A stretch of 48,300 nt of DNA, taken from the sequence record SRR31156797_11191, one strand, 5' to 3'. Every line of letters starts with the position of its first letter. Within the stretch, counting starts at the first letter, position 1. Below the pieces are notes generated by a model. The model was given only the letters and a program-made list of their open reading frames with translations, was not told the origin of the DNA and did no database searches. The position numbers were made by a program, and so were the translations under genes. Shown here one piece after another: positions 28,206 through 39,023 of this stretch.

Positions 28206-29600
28206 ATGACCGAATTCAGGACGGAAACAGACAGCCTCGGACCGATTAATGTTCCGGCCAATGTATTATGGGGAGCGCAGACACAACGCGCCCTGACCCT
28301 CTTTCGGATTGGAAACGAACGCATGCCGCAGGAAATGATCGTCCCATACGCCATTCTCAAAAAGGCATGCGCGCTCGCCAACCATAAAAAAAAGCACCTC
28401 GACACAAAAACCAAAGACTTGATCGCGCGAGTCTGTGACGAAATCATCGATGGCCAACATCACGACATGTTCCCGCTTCCGGTCTGGATTTCCGGGTCCG
28501 GCACCCAATACAACATGAACGTCAACGAGGTCATAGCCAACCGGTGTTCTCAACTTGCCGAGCACCCCCTCGGGTCCAAGGACCCGGTCCATCCCAACGA
28601 CCACGTCAACAAAAGTCAATCAACTAACGATAACTTTCCGTCAGTCATGTATATGACTGTTGCTATTCAAACTTTTTCAAAACTTCTTCCGTCACTTCGT
28701 ATTTTGAAAGACACATTTTTCACCAAATCAAAAGAGTGGAAAGACCTCGTCAAAATAGGCCGCACCCACATGCAGGACGCGACTCCTTTGACACTGGGAC
28801 AGGAGTTTTCAGGATTCGGAACTATCCTCAAGGAAACCCTTTACAGACTCGATAACGCTTTGGGTGAAGTCTACTCCCTGCCACTGGGCGGCACCGCCGT
28901 TGGAACGGGTATCAACACCCATTCTGGATTTGATGAAGACGCCATTTACTTCATTTCCAAATTGACCGGACAACCATTTATTCCCGCAAGCAACAAATTC
29001 GCCTATCAAGGAAATCACGACGCGCTCGTGCAATTTTCAGCCACCCTGAAAACCTTGGCCGTCGCCCTGAACAAAATTGCGAACGACATTCGGCTGCTAG
29101 CCTGCGGCCCCCGTGCAGGTATTGCCGAGTTGATACTCCCGGCCAACGAACCCGGTTCATCCATCATGCCGGGCAAGGTCAACCCGACACAATGCGAAGC
29201 CCTGACCATGATTGCCATGCAGGTGATCGCCAACGACGCAGCTGTGACCATGGGCGGCACAAGCGGCGCGCTCCAGATGAACGCATACAAACCACTCATT
29301 ATCCGCAACGTACTCCATTCCATCCGGTTGCTGACTGATGGCATGCGCAGCTTTCGTAAGCACCTGCTGGAAGGTTTGGAACCGAACCAAGAATGCATTG
29401 AATCCAATCTCGAACAATCCCTGATGCTGGTCACGGCACTGGCCCCGACTCTCGGCTATGAAAAGGCGGCGTCCATCGCGCATCATGCCCATGAAAGCGG
29501 ACAGACACTCAAGGAAGCCGCTCTGGAACTCGGCTTGATCAGCGAACAGGAATTCGACCTTCTCGTGGTGCCGGACAACATGGTCAGTCCAAAAGACTAG
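28206..29600 (+). CDS. fumC: Class II fumarate hydratase
   Basis: [56 protein letters not shown]. Confidence 0.93.
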   Translation: MTEFRTETDSLGPINVPANVLWGAQTQRALTLFRIGNERMPQEMIVPYAILKKACALANHKKKHLDTKTKDLIARVCDEIIDGQHHDMFPLPVWISGSGTQYNMNVNEVIANRCSQLAEHPLGSKDPVHPNDHVNKSQSTNDNFPSVMYMTVAIQTFSKLLPSLRILKDTFFTKSKEWKDLVKIGRTHMQDATPLTLGQEFSGFGTILKETLYRLDNALGEVYSLPLGGTAVGTGINTHSGFDEDAIYFISKLTGQPFIPASNKFAYQGNHDALVQFSATLKTLAVALNKIANDIRLLACGPRAGIAELILPANEPGSSIMPGKVNPTQCEALTMIAMQVIANDAAVTMGGTSGALQMNAYKPLIIRNVLHSIRLLTDGMRSFRKHLLEGLEPNQECIESNLEQSLMLVTALAPTLGYEKAASIAHHAHESGQTLKEAALELGLISEQEFDLLVVPDNMVSPKD

Positions 29601-30199
29601 GCGGGACTCAGGAAAAGGGCGTATGCAGTCGCGCCCACCATGACCACCACCAGCAAACAGTTTACTCCGACCAAAATACGCCTGGACTTGAGTGTGCGCA
29701 TGATAGCGACACCGGCAAGCCCCCATGTGGAATGGAACAGGGCTTGAAAGGTCATGAAGGTGGGGACAAAAATAGCCATCTGCATCCAGAGCGGCACAGA
29801 CGGATCAGCCAACTGACTGAATCCAACAACAGACATGGCCCAACTTTTCGGGTTCAACGGATGCAAAACAACGCCTTCCCAAAAAGTAAACCGCTTATCA
29901 ACGCTGCCCACAGCAAGCTGCATGGTGAGCAACTTCCAGCCCAAATAACAGATATATCCCATGCCGCCGATCTTCATGCCCCACGCAATTTTCGGTGACG
30001 CCAGAAACAACCCGCCCAAACCAAGCCCTACAAAGACATTCAGGGCAAACATACCTGCCACGGTTCCAGCCAGAAATGGCAACGCGGAACGAAATCCCGT
30101 GGTTTGACCAATACCCATCATGGTCAGGTTGCCCACACCGGGCGTTCCGGTCATGACAATGGCAAAAAAGGCAAAGGCTGTGTATGTTTCCAAATTCAT
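29597..30199 (-). CDS. LysE/RhtB family translocator
   Basis: TPGVGN and LNPKSW motifs; six TM helices. Confidence 0.88.
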   Translation of the reverse strand: MNLETYTAFAFFAIVMTGTPGVGNLTMMGIGQTTGFRSALPFLAGTVAGMFALNVFVGLGLGGLFLASPKIAWGMKIGGMGYICYLGWKLLTMQLAVGSVDKRFTFWEGVVLHPLNPKSWAMSVVGFSQLADPSVPLWMQMAIFVPTFMTFQALFHSTWGLAGVAIMRTLKSRRILVGVNCLLVVVMVGATAYALFLSPA

Positions 30200-30266
30200 A
30201 ATAACTCCCTCAAGGTCAGGTGCCGACGATTACCAGCACACGGTTCTCCATGCTGCATGCCTATGT

Positions 30267-30310
30267 TTGACATTGTATGGTGTCAATGAATATATTGTCT
30301 GCATGACAAT
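30267..30310. promoter_or_regulatory. Probable MocR-type operator palindromes in the divergent promoter
   Basis: TTGACA-N8-TGTCAA (30267-30286) and ATTGTC-N5-GACAAT (30294-30310, overlapping the regulator start). Confidence 0.55.
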
Positions 30311-31667
30311 ATATTCACCGGCCATCACGGAAGGAACCGAGCCTCTGTACAAGGGGTTGGCAGACGCCATTGAGCAGGACATCGCAACGGGCAGACTTGC
30401 CCCCGGTGAACGGCTGCCCACCCACCGCGACCTTGCCGACGAGCTGGGTATGAATGTGTCCACCATTACACGCGGATATCGGGAAGCCGAAAAACGCGGC
30501 CTTGTCACCGGCACTGTCGGGCGTGGCACATTCGTGGCTTCGGATGCCACCACATCCACGTCACTTGTTTCATTCGAGCCAACCACACCGGGCATGCTGG
30601 AAATGGGGCTGGTTGCCCCGCTCCACCACATGGACCCGGATATCACCGAAGGATTTCGACGCATTGCCAGACGCAAAGACCCCACATCCTTCATGCGCTA
30701 CACCGATCCCCGCGGCCTGCCGTCACACCGCAAGGCCGGGGCTGCATGGGCCACACGATACGGATTGGAAACCGAAGCTGAAAACGTCATTGTCTGTGCT
30801 GGCGCTCAACACGCACTGACCTGTTGTCTGAGCGGGCTGCTTCGATCAGGTGACCGTATTGCCACAGACGCATTGACTTATCCCGGTATGAAAACCTTGG
30901 CCTCCATGTTGGGAATTCGTCTTGTTCCCATTGAAATGGACAGCGACGGTATGACCCCGGCCAGTCTGGACGCAGCATGTCGCCGTGATGAGATCAAAGC
31001 GGTCTACCTCATGCCCGGTGTACATAATCCGACCACCGTGACCATCCCTGAATCCCGACGGACAGAAATTGCCCATCTCGCACAAAAGCATGACCTGATC
31101 ATTATCGAAGACGATGCCTACGACCTGACGGACCTGACAGGCAACACGCCTGTGGCCAACCGAGCGCCTGAACGCAGCGTGTATATAGCAGGCATGTCGA
31201 AATCTCTTGCAGCCGGATTGCGTATCGCCTTCCTTGTCGCTCCCAGACACATGCTCAAACCACTGGCTCAAGCGGTTCTCAACACCATCTGGATGGCACC
31301 GTCACTCAATGGGGAACTGGCCGCCATGTGGATCAATGACGGCACGGCTGATCAGGTCGTGGGAAATAAACGCATGGCAGCCAGTCGCAGATACATGCTT
31401 GCCTGCGACGTGCTTGACGAATTTCGATTCAGGGGAAAACACAGTGGTTTCTATCTCTGGCTGGACCTGCCAGAGCCTTGGACAGGACAGGCTTTTGAAA
31501 AAGAAGCTCAACAGCAAGGAATCAACGTCTTCGGTGCAGAAAAATTTGCTGTTGGCGAATACGTGGCCCCGGCCTCAGCCCGCATTTCACTCACGGGAAC
31601 GGATACCCTCGCAGACCTTGAAAAAGGGTTGCTCGGAATACGCGGAATCCTCAACAACAGACCGTAA
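30303..31667 (+). CDS. MocR/GabR family regulator (GntR HTH plus PLP aminotransferase domain)
   Basis: PGERLPTHRDLA..LG.NVSTITRGY, GRGTFV, HNPT, IIEDD, SKSLAAGLR. Confidence 0.92.
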   Translation: MTIYSPAITEGTEPLYKGLADAIEQDIATGRLAPGERLPTHRDLADELGMNVSTITRGYREAEKRGLVTGTVGRGTFVASDATTSTSLVSFEPTTPGMLEMGLVAPLHHMDPDITEGFRRIARRKDPTSFMRYTDPRGLPSHRKAGAAWATRYGLETEAENVIVCAGAQHALTCCLSGLLRSGDRIATDALTYPGMKTLASMLGIRLVPIEMDSDGMTPASLDAACRRDEIKAVYLMPGVHNPTTVTIPESRRTEIAHLAQKHDLIIIEDDAYDLTDLTGNTPVANRAPERSVYIAGMSKSLAAGLRIAFLVAPRHMLKPLAQAVLNTIWMAPSLNGELAAMWINDGTADQVVGNKRMAASRRYMLACDVLDEFRFRGKHSGFYLWLDLPEPWTGQAFEKEAQQQGINVFGAEKFAVGEYVAPASARISLTGTDTLADLEKGLLGIRGILNNRP

Positions 31668-31673
31668 CAAAAA

Positions 31674-31703
31674 AAGGGCTTGCAAAAATATTTGCAAGCC
31701 CTT
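31674..31703. terminator. Terminator between convergent genes
   Basis: AAGGGCTTGCAAA-aata-TTTGCAAGCCCTT. Confidence 0.75.
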
Positions 31704-31724
31704 CAATATTTATCCACTCTACGC

Positions 31725-32366
31725 CTATTCCAAGGACTTGATGAAGGAATCCGCCTCGGCAATGGACTTGTCCATTTCCTTGATGAGCGATTCCACATCC
31801 GAATTTATGGTGGACAATTCGCCCTCCAATGCAGCGATGGCCTGAGCATTCAGATTGTGTTTGAGATAAAGCACCTGATCCTTGAAGGCAGCCAGCACGG
31901 GATACATCTTCTTTTCAGCCTTGCGCATGGCCCGAATCAACCCGTTGTACTTGCTCTTGGTTGCAGTCAATTTCCTCTGGCTGGACGCCCTCAACTTGGA
32001 ACTGGAGTACTGCGTAATCTCTTCGGCCCATTCATCGAACAGAGCCTCAGCTACATCTTCGACCTTGTCTATGCGCTTGCGAACATCGTCAGCGCGATCT
32101 TCACTCAACTCATATTCATCATTGAGCTTTTCATAGACGTCCTGCAACTTGCCGCCGTCAAAATTGACCACGGACTTGAACTGCTCCAACGCGGAGGCAA
32201 ATTGCTCCTTGGCCTCTTCCTGTGATTCACGAGCGTCTTCCACTCGATCTGTCATGATTTCACGCTTGTCATATCCCATTGATTCCATGGTGGAATAATA
32301 GGTTTTCGAACAACCGAAAGCACTGAAAAGAAAGAACAGGGACAAGGCAAACACACACCGCTTCAT
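31725..32366 (-). CDS. DUF2959 family coiled-coil lipoprotein
   Basis: Lipobox-like FGC; YYSTME..GYDKREI, EAKEQFASAL, LFDEW, DQVLYLKHNLNAQAI; ATG 32366 behind AAGGAG. Confidence 0.85.
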   Translation of the reverse strand: MKRCVFALSLFFLFSAFGCSKTYYSTMESMGYDKREIMTDRVEDARESQEEAKEQFASALEQFKSVVNFDGGKLQDVYEKLNDEYELSEDRADDVRKRIDKVEDVAEALFDEWAEEITQYSSSKLRASSQRKLTATKSKYNGLIRAMRKAEKKMYPVLAAFKDQVLYLKHNLNAQAIAALEGELSTINSDVESLIKEMDKSIAEADSFIKSLE

Positions 32367-32437
32367 ATGAAACTCCTTCATGGGATTATGCATAATTTTC
32401 ATGGATGGAATACAACAAACCAGGGAGGTCGGCAATG

Positions 32438-33331
32438 TCACGGAAGCTGAACAAGCAGTTTACGGGCACCGTTGACCAATGCATCGGTAAATCCGGCCAG
32501 CCGATCGGAGACCAAATTCCAACAATGCCAATGAAGTCGAACGGTAAACGCACACCCCGGCAACAAATCAATCAACTCGCCTCGTTCAACAAACTCCTCA
32601 GCGTGTTGCGCGGGCAACATACCACAGACTCGACCCGAGGCTATAACCGGCGCAAACTTCTCTGAAGATGGTAGATAAAAGGCTTCATACCGGCGAGGAC
32701 GTTGGCCCAAGGCTTGTGAAAAAAGGTCTCCATGCATGACATCCTTACGATTAAAAATAAGGATAGGAGCCTGCTCAACAGCTTCTAATGAAGCGCCATT
32801 ATGGAACCATTTCTTTTTGTAAGACGGAGTGGAATACAAATTGTAAACCATATCTCCAAGATATTCCACGCGACATCCCTGCATGGGGGTTGATCGATCG
32901 CTAATACAACCAAGTACATCGCCATCCCGCAATAAACCAAGCGTTTCAGCCTGATCATCCACACTCAAATCAAGCAGCACTGGCTCTGTATTGAGATATT
33001 GGTCAACTGCCGGGAAGAACCATGTTGCCAACGAATCCGCATTGATACCAACGGGTAACGTGGTAAAGCCATCCACTTCCTGCCCCAACCCCGGACCGAG
33101 ATCATCCTCAAGCCGCTTCACCTGCCGATAATGCTTGAGCATCTCCCGACCAGCAGAGGTCGGCTTTGGCGGCGAAGAACGCACCAACAACACACACCCG
33201 GCCTGCTCTTCCAGCAGTTTCAACCGCTGAGAGACAGCCCCCTGCGTCACATGTAACGCCTTGGATGCCTTCTCAAATCCGCCCTCACTGACCACTACGG
33301 CAAAAGCTTCCACCAATTTGTAATCTAACAT
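32438..33331 (-). CDS. argP: LysR family regulator ArgP
   Basis: LDYKL, FEKAS..LHVTQGAVSQRLK, INADSLATWF, LHWHCW; divergent from argO. Confidence 0.92.
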   Translation of the reverse strand: MLDYKLVEAFAVVVSEGGFEKASKALHVTQGAVSQRLKLLEEQAGCVLLVRSSPPKPTSAGREMLKHYRQVKRLEDDLGPGLGQEVDGFTTLPVGINADSLATWFFPAVDQYLNTEPVLLDLSVDDQAETLGLLRDGDVLGCISDRSTPMQGCRVEYLGDMVYNLYSTPSYKKKWFHNGASLEAVEQAPILIFNRKDVMHGDLFSQALGQRPRRYEAFYLPSSEKFAPVIASGRVCGMLPAQHAEEFVERGELIDLLPGCAFTVRLHWHCWNLVSDRLAGFTDALVNGARKLLVQLP

Positions 33332-33339
33332 GCACTATT

Positions 33340-33354
33340 ATTAGCATTTCTAAT
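33340..33354. promoter_or_regulatory. LysR box (T-N11-A palindrome) between argP and argO
   Basis: ATTAG-CATTT-CTAAT. Confidence 0.6.
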
Positions 33355-33507
33355 GAACCATGAAAACAATTAGTTTCACAAGGCCACAAACACCAGCTTA
33401 CATACCTCGCACAACACAACGACAACTCCCCTCAACCACAATCCGCAAAGCGGCACCAAAAAAATTCGGAAGGAAGAGGGGATGGGGTCCGGGGAAGGCA
33501 AAAATAT

Positions 33508-34119
33508 ATGACACCGTTTATTCAGGGATTTGGGATGGGAGGCGGACTGATCGTCGCCATTGGCGCACAGAACGCATTCGTCCTGACGCAAAGCGTACGT
33601 CGAAATCATCATTTGGCCGTGGCCGCATTATGTATATTATGTGACACGGTACTGCTCACCCTTGGCGTAACAGGCGTCGGCACAGTGGTCGCATCCAATC
33701 CGGCCCTGACCACATTCGCTCTCTGGGGCGGGGCAGCTTTCCTGACTTGGTACGGTTTCACATCCCTGCGATCGGCCATGAAAGGCGGCTCGATGGACAC
33801 GCAAGAAGAAACTGGTAAGGGACTCAAACATACCCTCATGCTCACCATGGCAGTGACCCTGCTCAATCCGCATGTCTACATCGACACCATCATTCTCATG
33901 GGCTCGGTCAGCGGGCAGTTCATGGTCCCTGACCGGTATATTTTCGGCTTGGGCGCAGCCACCGCTTCATTGCTCTGGTTTCTTGCCCTCAGCCTCGGAG
34001 GACAAATGCTCGCGCCGCTGTTCAAGCGCGATTTCACATGGCGCATACTCGATTCCGTGGTCTGCCTGACCATGTGGGCCATCGCAGCCACGCTCATCAG
34101 AAATGCGCTCACAGCATAG
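33508..34119 (+). CDS. argO: LysE/ArgO amino acid exporter
   Basis: LIVAIGAQNAFVL, LCD, VTLLNPHVYIDT. Confidence 0.9.
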   Translation: MTPFIQGFGMGGGLIVAIGAQNAFVLTQSVRRNHHLAVAALCILCDTVLLTLGVTGVGTVVASNPALTTFALWGGAAFLTWYGFTSLRSAMKGGSMDTQEETGKGLKHTLMLTMAVTLLNPHVYIDTIILMGSVSGQFMVPDRYIFGLGAATASLLWFLALSLGGQMLAPLFKRDFTWRILDSVVCLTMWAIAATLIRNALTA

Positions 34120-34201
34120 CAAGCTATGTTTATAGACAGAAGCTATTTATAGCGCACTATATAACTAGCTAACATTCCATAATAATGAAGAAAGCACTAA
34201 A

Positions 34202-34492
34202 CTATTCGTTTTCACTCTCATCCTGCCCCTTGAGCTGAAAAAGCTGTTCCCAATTGATGGGGCGAAGGCTCTGAAGATTCTTCCATTGCAGATAATCCCA
34301 CCCATCATCGGGGATGGTACTCACTTGCACTTTATTCACAAACTGCTTGTCTTCATCCCCGCAACACTTGCAGGCCCAGCCGCAAATATCGCACGTACAG
34401 CCTCCGGTTTTGACCATTTCCTTGGCCGTGCCAGATTTGTCGCAACACCCATCACATAGACGAAGATAACCGGGATCTTTTTTGTGTGCCAT
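34202..34492 (-). CDS. Hypothetical Cys-rich protein
   Basis: CDGCC, CTCDICGWACKCC; protein-like composition; fills the gap between argO and the cereblon-like gene. Confidence 0.65.
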   Translation of the reverse strand: MAHKKDPGYLRLCDGCCDKSGTAKEMVKTGGCTCDICGWACKCCGDEDKQFVNKVQVSTIPDDGWDYLQWKNLQSLRPINWEQLFQLKGQDESENE

Positions 34493-34583
34493 ATGCGAAA
34501 ATACGTTGGTCGAATCACCCGGTCAAGCGAACATGCTTCATTTTCCTGCCCCGGTGTCGTATAGGGGAAACAGGAGCAATCAA

Positions 34584-35021
34584 ATGACCCCGCACAGCAC
34601 ATGTCTTATGCCGCCGGTCAAGGCGTTACGTGACGATCTGGAGAAAAAACCAAAATCAGATCCTGGGCAAGCAGAACCAAAACAGGACCCGGCCGATGAG
34701 ACATCGGAGGGCCGGACTCGACTCCTGTGCAAAATCTGCCGTTCCCGCATTACCCGTCAGGATCTCGGTATGGAGGTGGATGGTAGCCACAGGCACGTTT
34801 TTTTCAATCCGCACGGTGACGTCTTTGAGTTGGGATGCTTTGCTTCCGCCAAGAATATCCTTCCTACCGGACCAAGAACCAATGAATTCACATGGTTTCC
34901 CGGTTTTGAATGGCAGGTGATAGCCTGTACCGGTTGCCTCACGCAATTGGGATGGCGATACACTGGACCGCACAGTGGTTTTTTCGGCCTGATAGTGGGG
35001 TTATTGGTCGAAGAACGCTGA
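34584..35021 (+). CDS. Cereblon (CULT/Yippee-Mis18) family protein
   Basis: CKIC...CTGC zinc site, FFNPHG, EFTWFPGFEW, LGWRY aromatic cage; ATG 34584 behind AGGAG. Confidence 0.88.
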   Translation: MTPHSTCLMPPVKALRDDLEKKPKSDPGQAEPKQDPADETSEGRTRLLCKICRSRITRQDLGMEVDGSHRHVFFNPHGDVFELGCFASAKNILPTGPRTNEFTWFPGFEWQVIACTGCLTQLGWRYTGPHSGFFGLIVGLLVEER

Positions 35022-35028
35022 ATTCGCG

Positions 35029-36231
35029 TTACGGCGAATCCTCCCGATGCGGTGGAGGGACATCAAACTCATCTTCAGACCGGAGCCATTGTTGCAACCG
35101 CTCATGACTTTCCTGAAGAGCCTTGTCGCGTTGCTCACGCGTCCGTACTTCATTCGCCTGCTGCTTTCTGTCATAGGACGACTGAAAAGCGTATTTGTCG
35201 ACATGCCCGAGGCGCACATTAAAATTTAGTCGAATTCCTGGGTCCAACCGCCAATCCCGTGAATCGCTCATAACCAACTGAGGAACCAAACTGGTATAAA
35301 ACCAATCCTTCCACTGCTTGCGATACTCCACTTCACCGACAACTTTATCCAAGTGAAAAGGTCTGTCCTCAGTTGATTTGTACCCGTTTTTTATGGAATA
35401 TTGCAAAGCCGTACGCGTGGTTAAAAAATGGTACAGAGAAAAATCCAAGTCATAATAATTACTTGGATCATCGTATTTAAATACGGCACTGCCACTTGTC
35501 CTGAACATATACTTGTGAGCCAAAAACCAGTCGCCCTCCAGCTTGGTCTTGAATTCGGCGGGCTCGTCCGTATACACACGAAACCGTTGTATCGCTCGAA
35601 TGTCCCAATCATCAAATTCCCACAACTCCACCCATTTCAGAGTGCCATATAATGCAGAATTTCCAAGACGCCATTTCACACCGCCGCCAGTACTGATATT
35701 CCGGGTCCGCGTTCGCTTAAAAAATGTTTCGACACCAAGATATGCATTGGTCGCGTCATCACCGGAATCTTCGCTCTCGACCTCTTCGACAGTGGATGAA
35801 CCAAACCCCTCATCATCATCCAGACTCGTCCCAAAATTAATCAACCATCGTTCGGTGTTAGGCAGTCGAAGTCGTAAATCAAGCAGAGAGTCAAAGTAGA
35901 ATCCTTTGTGATTATAAACCGGCGCCACCTTGATACGCAGATAGGTTTTATTAGATGTGGTTCGATACAATTCGTCATCAAAAAACGCATCCATCCAATT
36001 CGCTGTAGAGGTGACAACTTCCGACCATTCCTGCTGTTTTTCGTCAGTATATCCTTTTTCCTGCTCCACCATATCGAGTGGATCGACTGGAACTCTTTCT
36101 CCGCCAGGTTCCTCGATGCTCTTCCCTTCCTCCTGTGCGCAAGCCATCCCTCCGGCGCACAGGAGCACCAGAAACACAACAGATGATACCCACAGGTATC
36201 GCGCAGCTTTTCCGAATGGCAGAACGTTCAT
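35029..36231 (-). CDS. Hypothetical exported protein, likely outer-membrane beta-barrel
   Basis: Signal peptide; WMDAFFDD, LRLRLP; alternating aromatic beta-strand pattern. Confidence 0.7.
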   Translation of the reverse strand: MNVLPFGKAARYLWVSSVVFLVLLCAGGMACAQEEGKSIEEPGGERVPVDPLDMVEQEKGYTDEKQQEWSEVVTSTANWMDAFFDDELYRTTSNKTYLRIKVAPVYNHKGFYFDSLLDLRLRLPNTERWLINFGTSLDDDEGFGSSTVEEVESEDSGDDATNAYLGVETFFKRTRTRNISTGGGVKWRLGNSALYGTLKWVELWEFDDWDIRAIQRFRVYTDEPAEFKTKLEGDWFLAHKYMFRTSGSAVFKYDDPSNYYDLDFSLYHFLTTRTALQYSIKNGYKSTEDRPFHLDKVVGEVEYRKQWKDWFYTSLVPQLVMSDSRDWRLDPGIRLNFNVRLGHVDKYAFQSSYDRKQQANEVRTREQRDKALQESHERLQQWLRSEDEFDVPPPHREDSP

Positions 36232-36347
36232 CCAACCTCGTTCATTCTCTTATAATTCTACACCATTGTCTCATCACAGATACGATTGCCTGTCAATTAT
36301 GCCCCCACAAGGCTGGGCATCATGCGCCGATCATGATAGCAAACAGC

Positions 36348-37136
36348 ATGAGCTCGCTTATCACGGAACACCTTGTATGGTTTGACAAATATGCTCGCCG
36401 CCACGAAGAAAAAGCCAACGACATGGTTGTTGAACTGGTTCAAAGAAAACGAAGGCACACACTGCGGGTACTTGGCCATGTCCGTGGTATTCTCAAAACA
36501 ATTTCCATTCCGGCACGCCTGTCCAAACTCGCTGAAATCAGTGCAATTCTCCATGACGTGGGACGTTTCCCTCAACTGGTTGGCCGAGCAACCTTTGACG
36601 ATCAAACCGGATATAACCACGCTGAAGAAGGGGCTACAATCCTGCGAGACTCCAATAGACTCGACTCAATGCCAGCCGAGGAAAAGGAAATCATTCTTGC
36701 GGCCGTGCAGTACCACAATCGTGCGAAGATTCCGCCCAATCTAGCCCCAGATACCGCGTTGATCCTGAAGATCCTGCGCGACGCAGACAAGCTCGACGCT
36801 ATCCGTACAAACCTCCGGTACATGGGCCCGGACTCACCACATGGCAAAGCACTGAAGACCGGCCTCATCTGGCACAAAACTGAATATTCTTCCCATATCG
36901 CCAAACTGATTTTAAACAGGCAACTCATTCCGTATCAAGATATCAAATGGTCAAATGACTTCGTACTCTTTGTCTGTTGCTGGGTCTATGACCTCCACTT
37001 TTATTACACATACAAACACCTCGACAGATCAGGACAATTTGAACAACTTCTGACGTGGCTCCCAAATGAAAATTCTTTCCCAGCAATCAAAAGACAACTC
37101 CGCACCGACCTCTCTCAATTCATTGCAAAGGGTTGA
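36348..37136 (+). CDS. HD-domain phosphohydrolase
   Basis: KRRHTLRV, ILHDVGRF, NHA, YHN, RDADKLD; start approximate. Confidence 0.85.
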   Translation: MSSLITEHLVWFDKYARRHEEKANDMVVELVQRKRRHTLRVLGHVRGILKTISIPARLSKLAEISAILHDVGRFPQLVGRATFDDQTGYNHAEEGATILRDSNRLDSMPAEEKEIILAAVQYHNRAKIPPNLAPDTALILKILRDADKLDAIRTNLRYMGPDSPHGKALKTGLIWHKTEYSSHIAKLILNRQLIPYQDIKWSNDFVLFVCCWVYDLHFYYTYKHLDRSGQFEQLLTWLPNENSFPAIKRQLRTDLSQFIAKG

Positions 37137-37168
37137 CCCGCCTTGCCGCACCGGGATACATCCCTGCC

Positions 37169-37780
37169 ATGTCGGACCGTTACCTTATCCCTGCCAACTT
37201 CCATCGCGTAGAAGACTCCATCAAACGGAGTCGATTCATCACTTCCGTAGATCACACACCCGACACGGAGTCAGCCCGGGAATTCATCAATCGCATTAAA
37301 ACAGAATTCCCGGATGCCACGCACAATTGTTGGGCCTACGCATCAGGACCTCCCGGTGACACGGCAGCAGTGGGCTTAAGCGATGACGGAGAACCCAGCG
37401 GTACAGCGGGTAAACCCATGCTGAACATGCTCCTGCATGGCGGCATAGGAGAAATCGCGGTGGTCGTAACCCGGTATTTCGGAGGCACCAAGCTCGGCAC
37501 CGGCGGTCTGGTCAGGGCATACTCCGGCATGGTCAAGCTCGGACTGGAAACCCTGCCCACCAAGGAAATGGTCGAAACGGTCATCCGCTCAGTGACCATC
37601 CCCTACCCATCGGTCACATTGTTCAAGCGCATGCTTACCGACTTCGAAATTGAAATTTTGGCTGAAGAATTTACCGATACAGCAGGCTTTTCGCTGGAAC
37701 TACCAGAAGAACATTTGACGCAATTTATCGCCCGTCTCACCGAAATGACAGACGGAAGGGCAAAAGTAACCGAAAAATGA
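37169..37780 (+). CDS. yigZ: YigZ/IMPACT family protein
   Basis: IKRSRFI, ATHNCWAY, SDDGEPSGTAGKPML, VTRYFGGTKLGTGGLVRAY. Confidence 0.93.
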   Translation: MSDRYLIPANFHRVEDSIKRSRFITSVDHTPDTESAREFINRIKTEFPDATHNCWAYASGPPGDTAAVGLSDDGEPSGTAGKPMLNMLLHGGIGEIAVVVTRYFGGTKLGTGGLVRAYSGMVKLGLETLPTKEMVETVIRSVTIPYPSVTLFKRMLTDFEIEILAEEFTDTAGFSLELPEEHLTQFIARLTEMTDGRAKVTEK

Positions 37781-37875
37781 TGCGACAAGCAGTTGCGAAG
37801 AAATAGAAAAATGCGCTAGCCTAGACATGGCTAGATGCAATTCCCGGGGTAACAGCAAGGTTGAAAGCAGGTCTC

Positions 37876-38322
37876 ATGTCCAAACAGAAATTACGCGCCA
37901 TCTACAAGGAACTTTCTGATAAAATTGATACTTCACAAGAAGCCGCTCTGTTCGAGGTCAAAGAGCTAAAAGCCGACCTCAACGAACTCCAACGACACCT
38001 TTCCGGTCGGAAAAAAACAACAGATCTCCAGCCCGAAGACTTTCTTCGGTCCGCATATGATATCGCACAGCATCTCAGAGACATGCAGAAAAGGCGTGAG
38101 ATACTCGCAGAGATGCAGGATACTGCCGCCGAAACCGAGGCAGAGGCATATCTCCTCTCCAGAGGGGCCAAACTCCTGACCCGCCCGGTAGGTTGGCATT
38201 TCCAGACATCCAAGGAACGGTTCCTGCTCCATGCGGAAGATTCTGTGCAGGCCGCGGCCAAGCTGCGAAAACTCCTTTCAGAGGGTAAACGTCTGAAACG
38301 ACCCAAGAAGAAAAAGAAATAA
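37876..38322 (+). CDS. Hypothetical coiled-coil protein with basic tail
   Basis: Open frame, helical charged composition, co-oriented between yigZ and lemA. Confidence 0.65.
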   Translation: MSKQKLRAIYKELSDKIDTSQEAALFEVKELKADLNELQRHLSGRKKTTDLQPEDFLRSAYDIAQHLRDMQKRREILAEMQDTAAETEAEAYLLSRGAKLLTRPVGWHFQTSKERFLLHAEDSVQAAAKLRKLLSEGKRLKRPKKKKK

Positions 38323-38411
38323 CCAGACGATACGGTATGGCCCACCTTGACTTTTCCGAGGCGGGCCACATCTTTATGAAGATACACAACCCAAACCAAT
38401 GGAATACAATC

Positions 38412-39011
38412 ATGATCAAACGTTTTGCCTTCGTCCTCGTGGCCATGTTCGCAGCCACGACTCTGTCCGGCTGCGGATACAATCAGATGCAACAACAGGA
38501 AGAGGAAGTCTTCGGCGCATGGGCCAACCTTGAAGCCGTCCTGCAACGACGGGCCGACCTCATTCCCAACCTTGTCGAAACCGTCAAGGCAGCAGCAGCC
38601 CATGAGAAATCCACACTCACGGAGGTTGTTGAAGCCCGTGCCAAAGCCACTCAGGTCAAGCTCTCTCCCGAGATGCTGACCGACAAAAAGGCTCTGGCTA
38701 AATTCCAGGCTGCGCAGGGCGAATTATCCTCGGCTCTGTCTCGACTCATGGTCGTGGTCGAACGATACCCTGATCTGAAGGCCAACCAAAATTTCCTGGG
38801 GCTGCAGCATCAGCTTGAAGGGACTGAGAACCGCATCACTGTTGCCCGTCAGCGCTACAACGACGCGGTCAAGGCTTTCAACTTCTCCATCCGCAGCTTC
38901 CCGAACTCCTTGACCAACTCCGTGGCTCTTCATCTGGAGCGCAAGGAATTCTTCCAGGCCGACCCCGGCGCCAAGGAAGTTCCCAAAGTCAACTTCGGCA
39001 CCAATTCCTAA
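38412..39011 (+). CDS. lemA: LemA family lipoprotein
   Basis: [44 protein letters not shown]. Confidence 0.95.
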   Translation: MIKRFAFVLVAMFAATTLSGCGYNQMQQQEEEVFGAWANLEAVLQRRADLIPNLVETVKAAAAHEKSTLTEVVEARAKATQVKLSPEMLTDKKALAKFQAAQGELSSALSRLMVVVERYPDLKANQNFLGLQHQLEGTENRITVARQRYNDAVKAFNFSIRSFPNSLTNSVALHLERKEFFQADPGAKEVPKVNFGTNS

Positions 39012-39023
39012 ACGGAGACAGAC

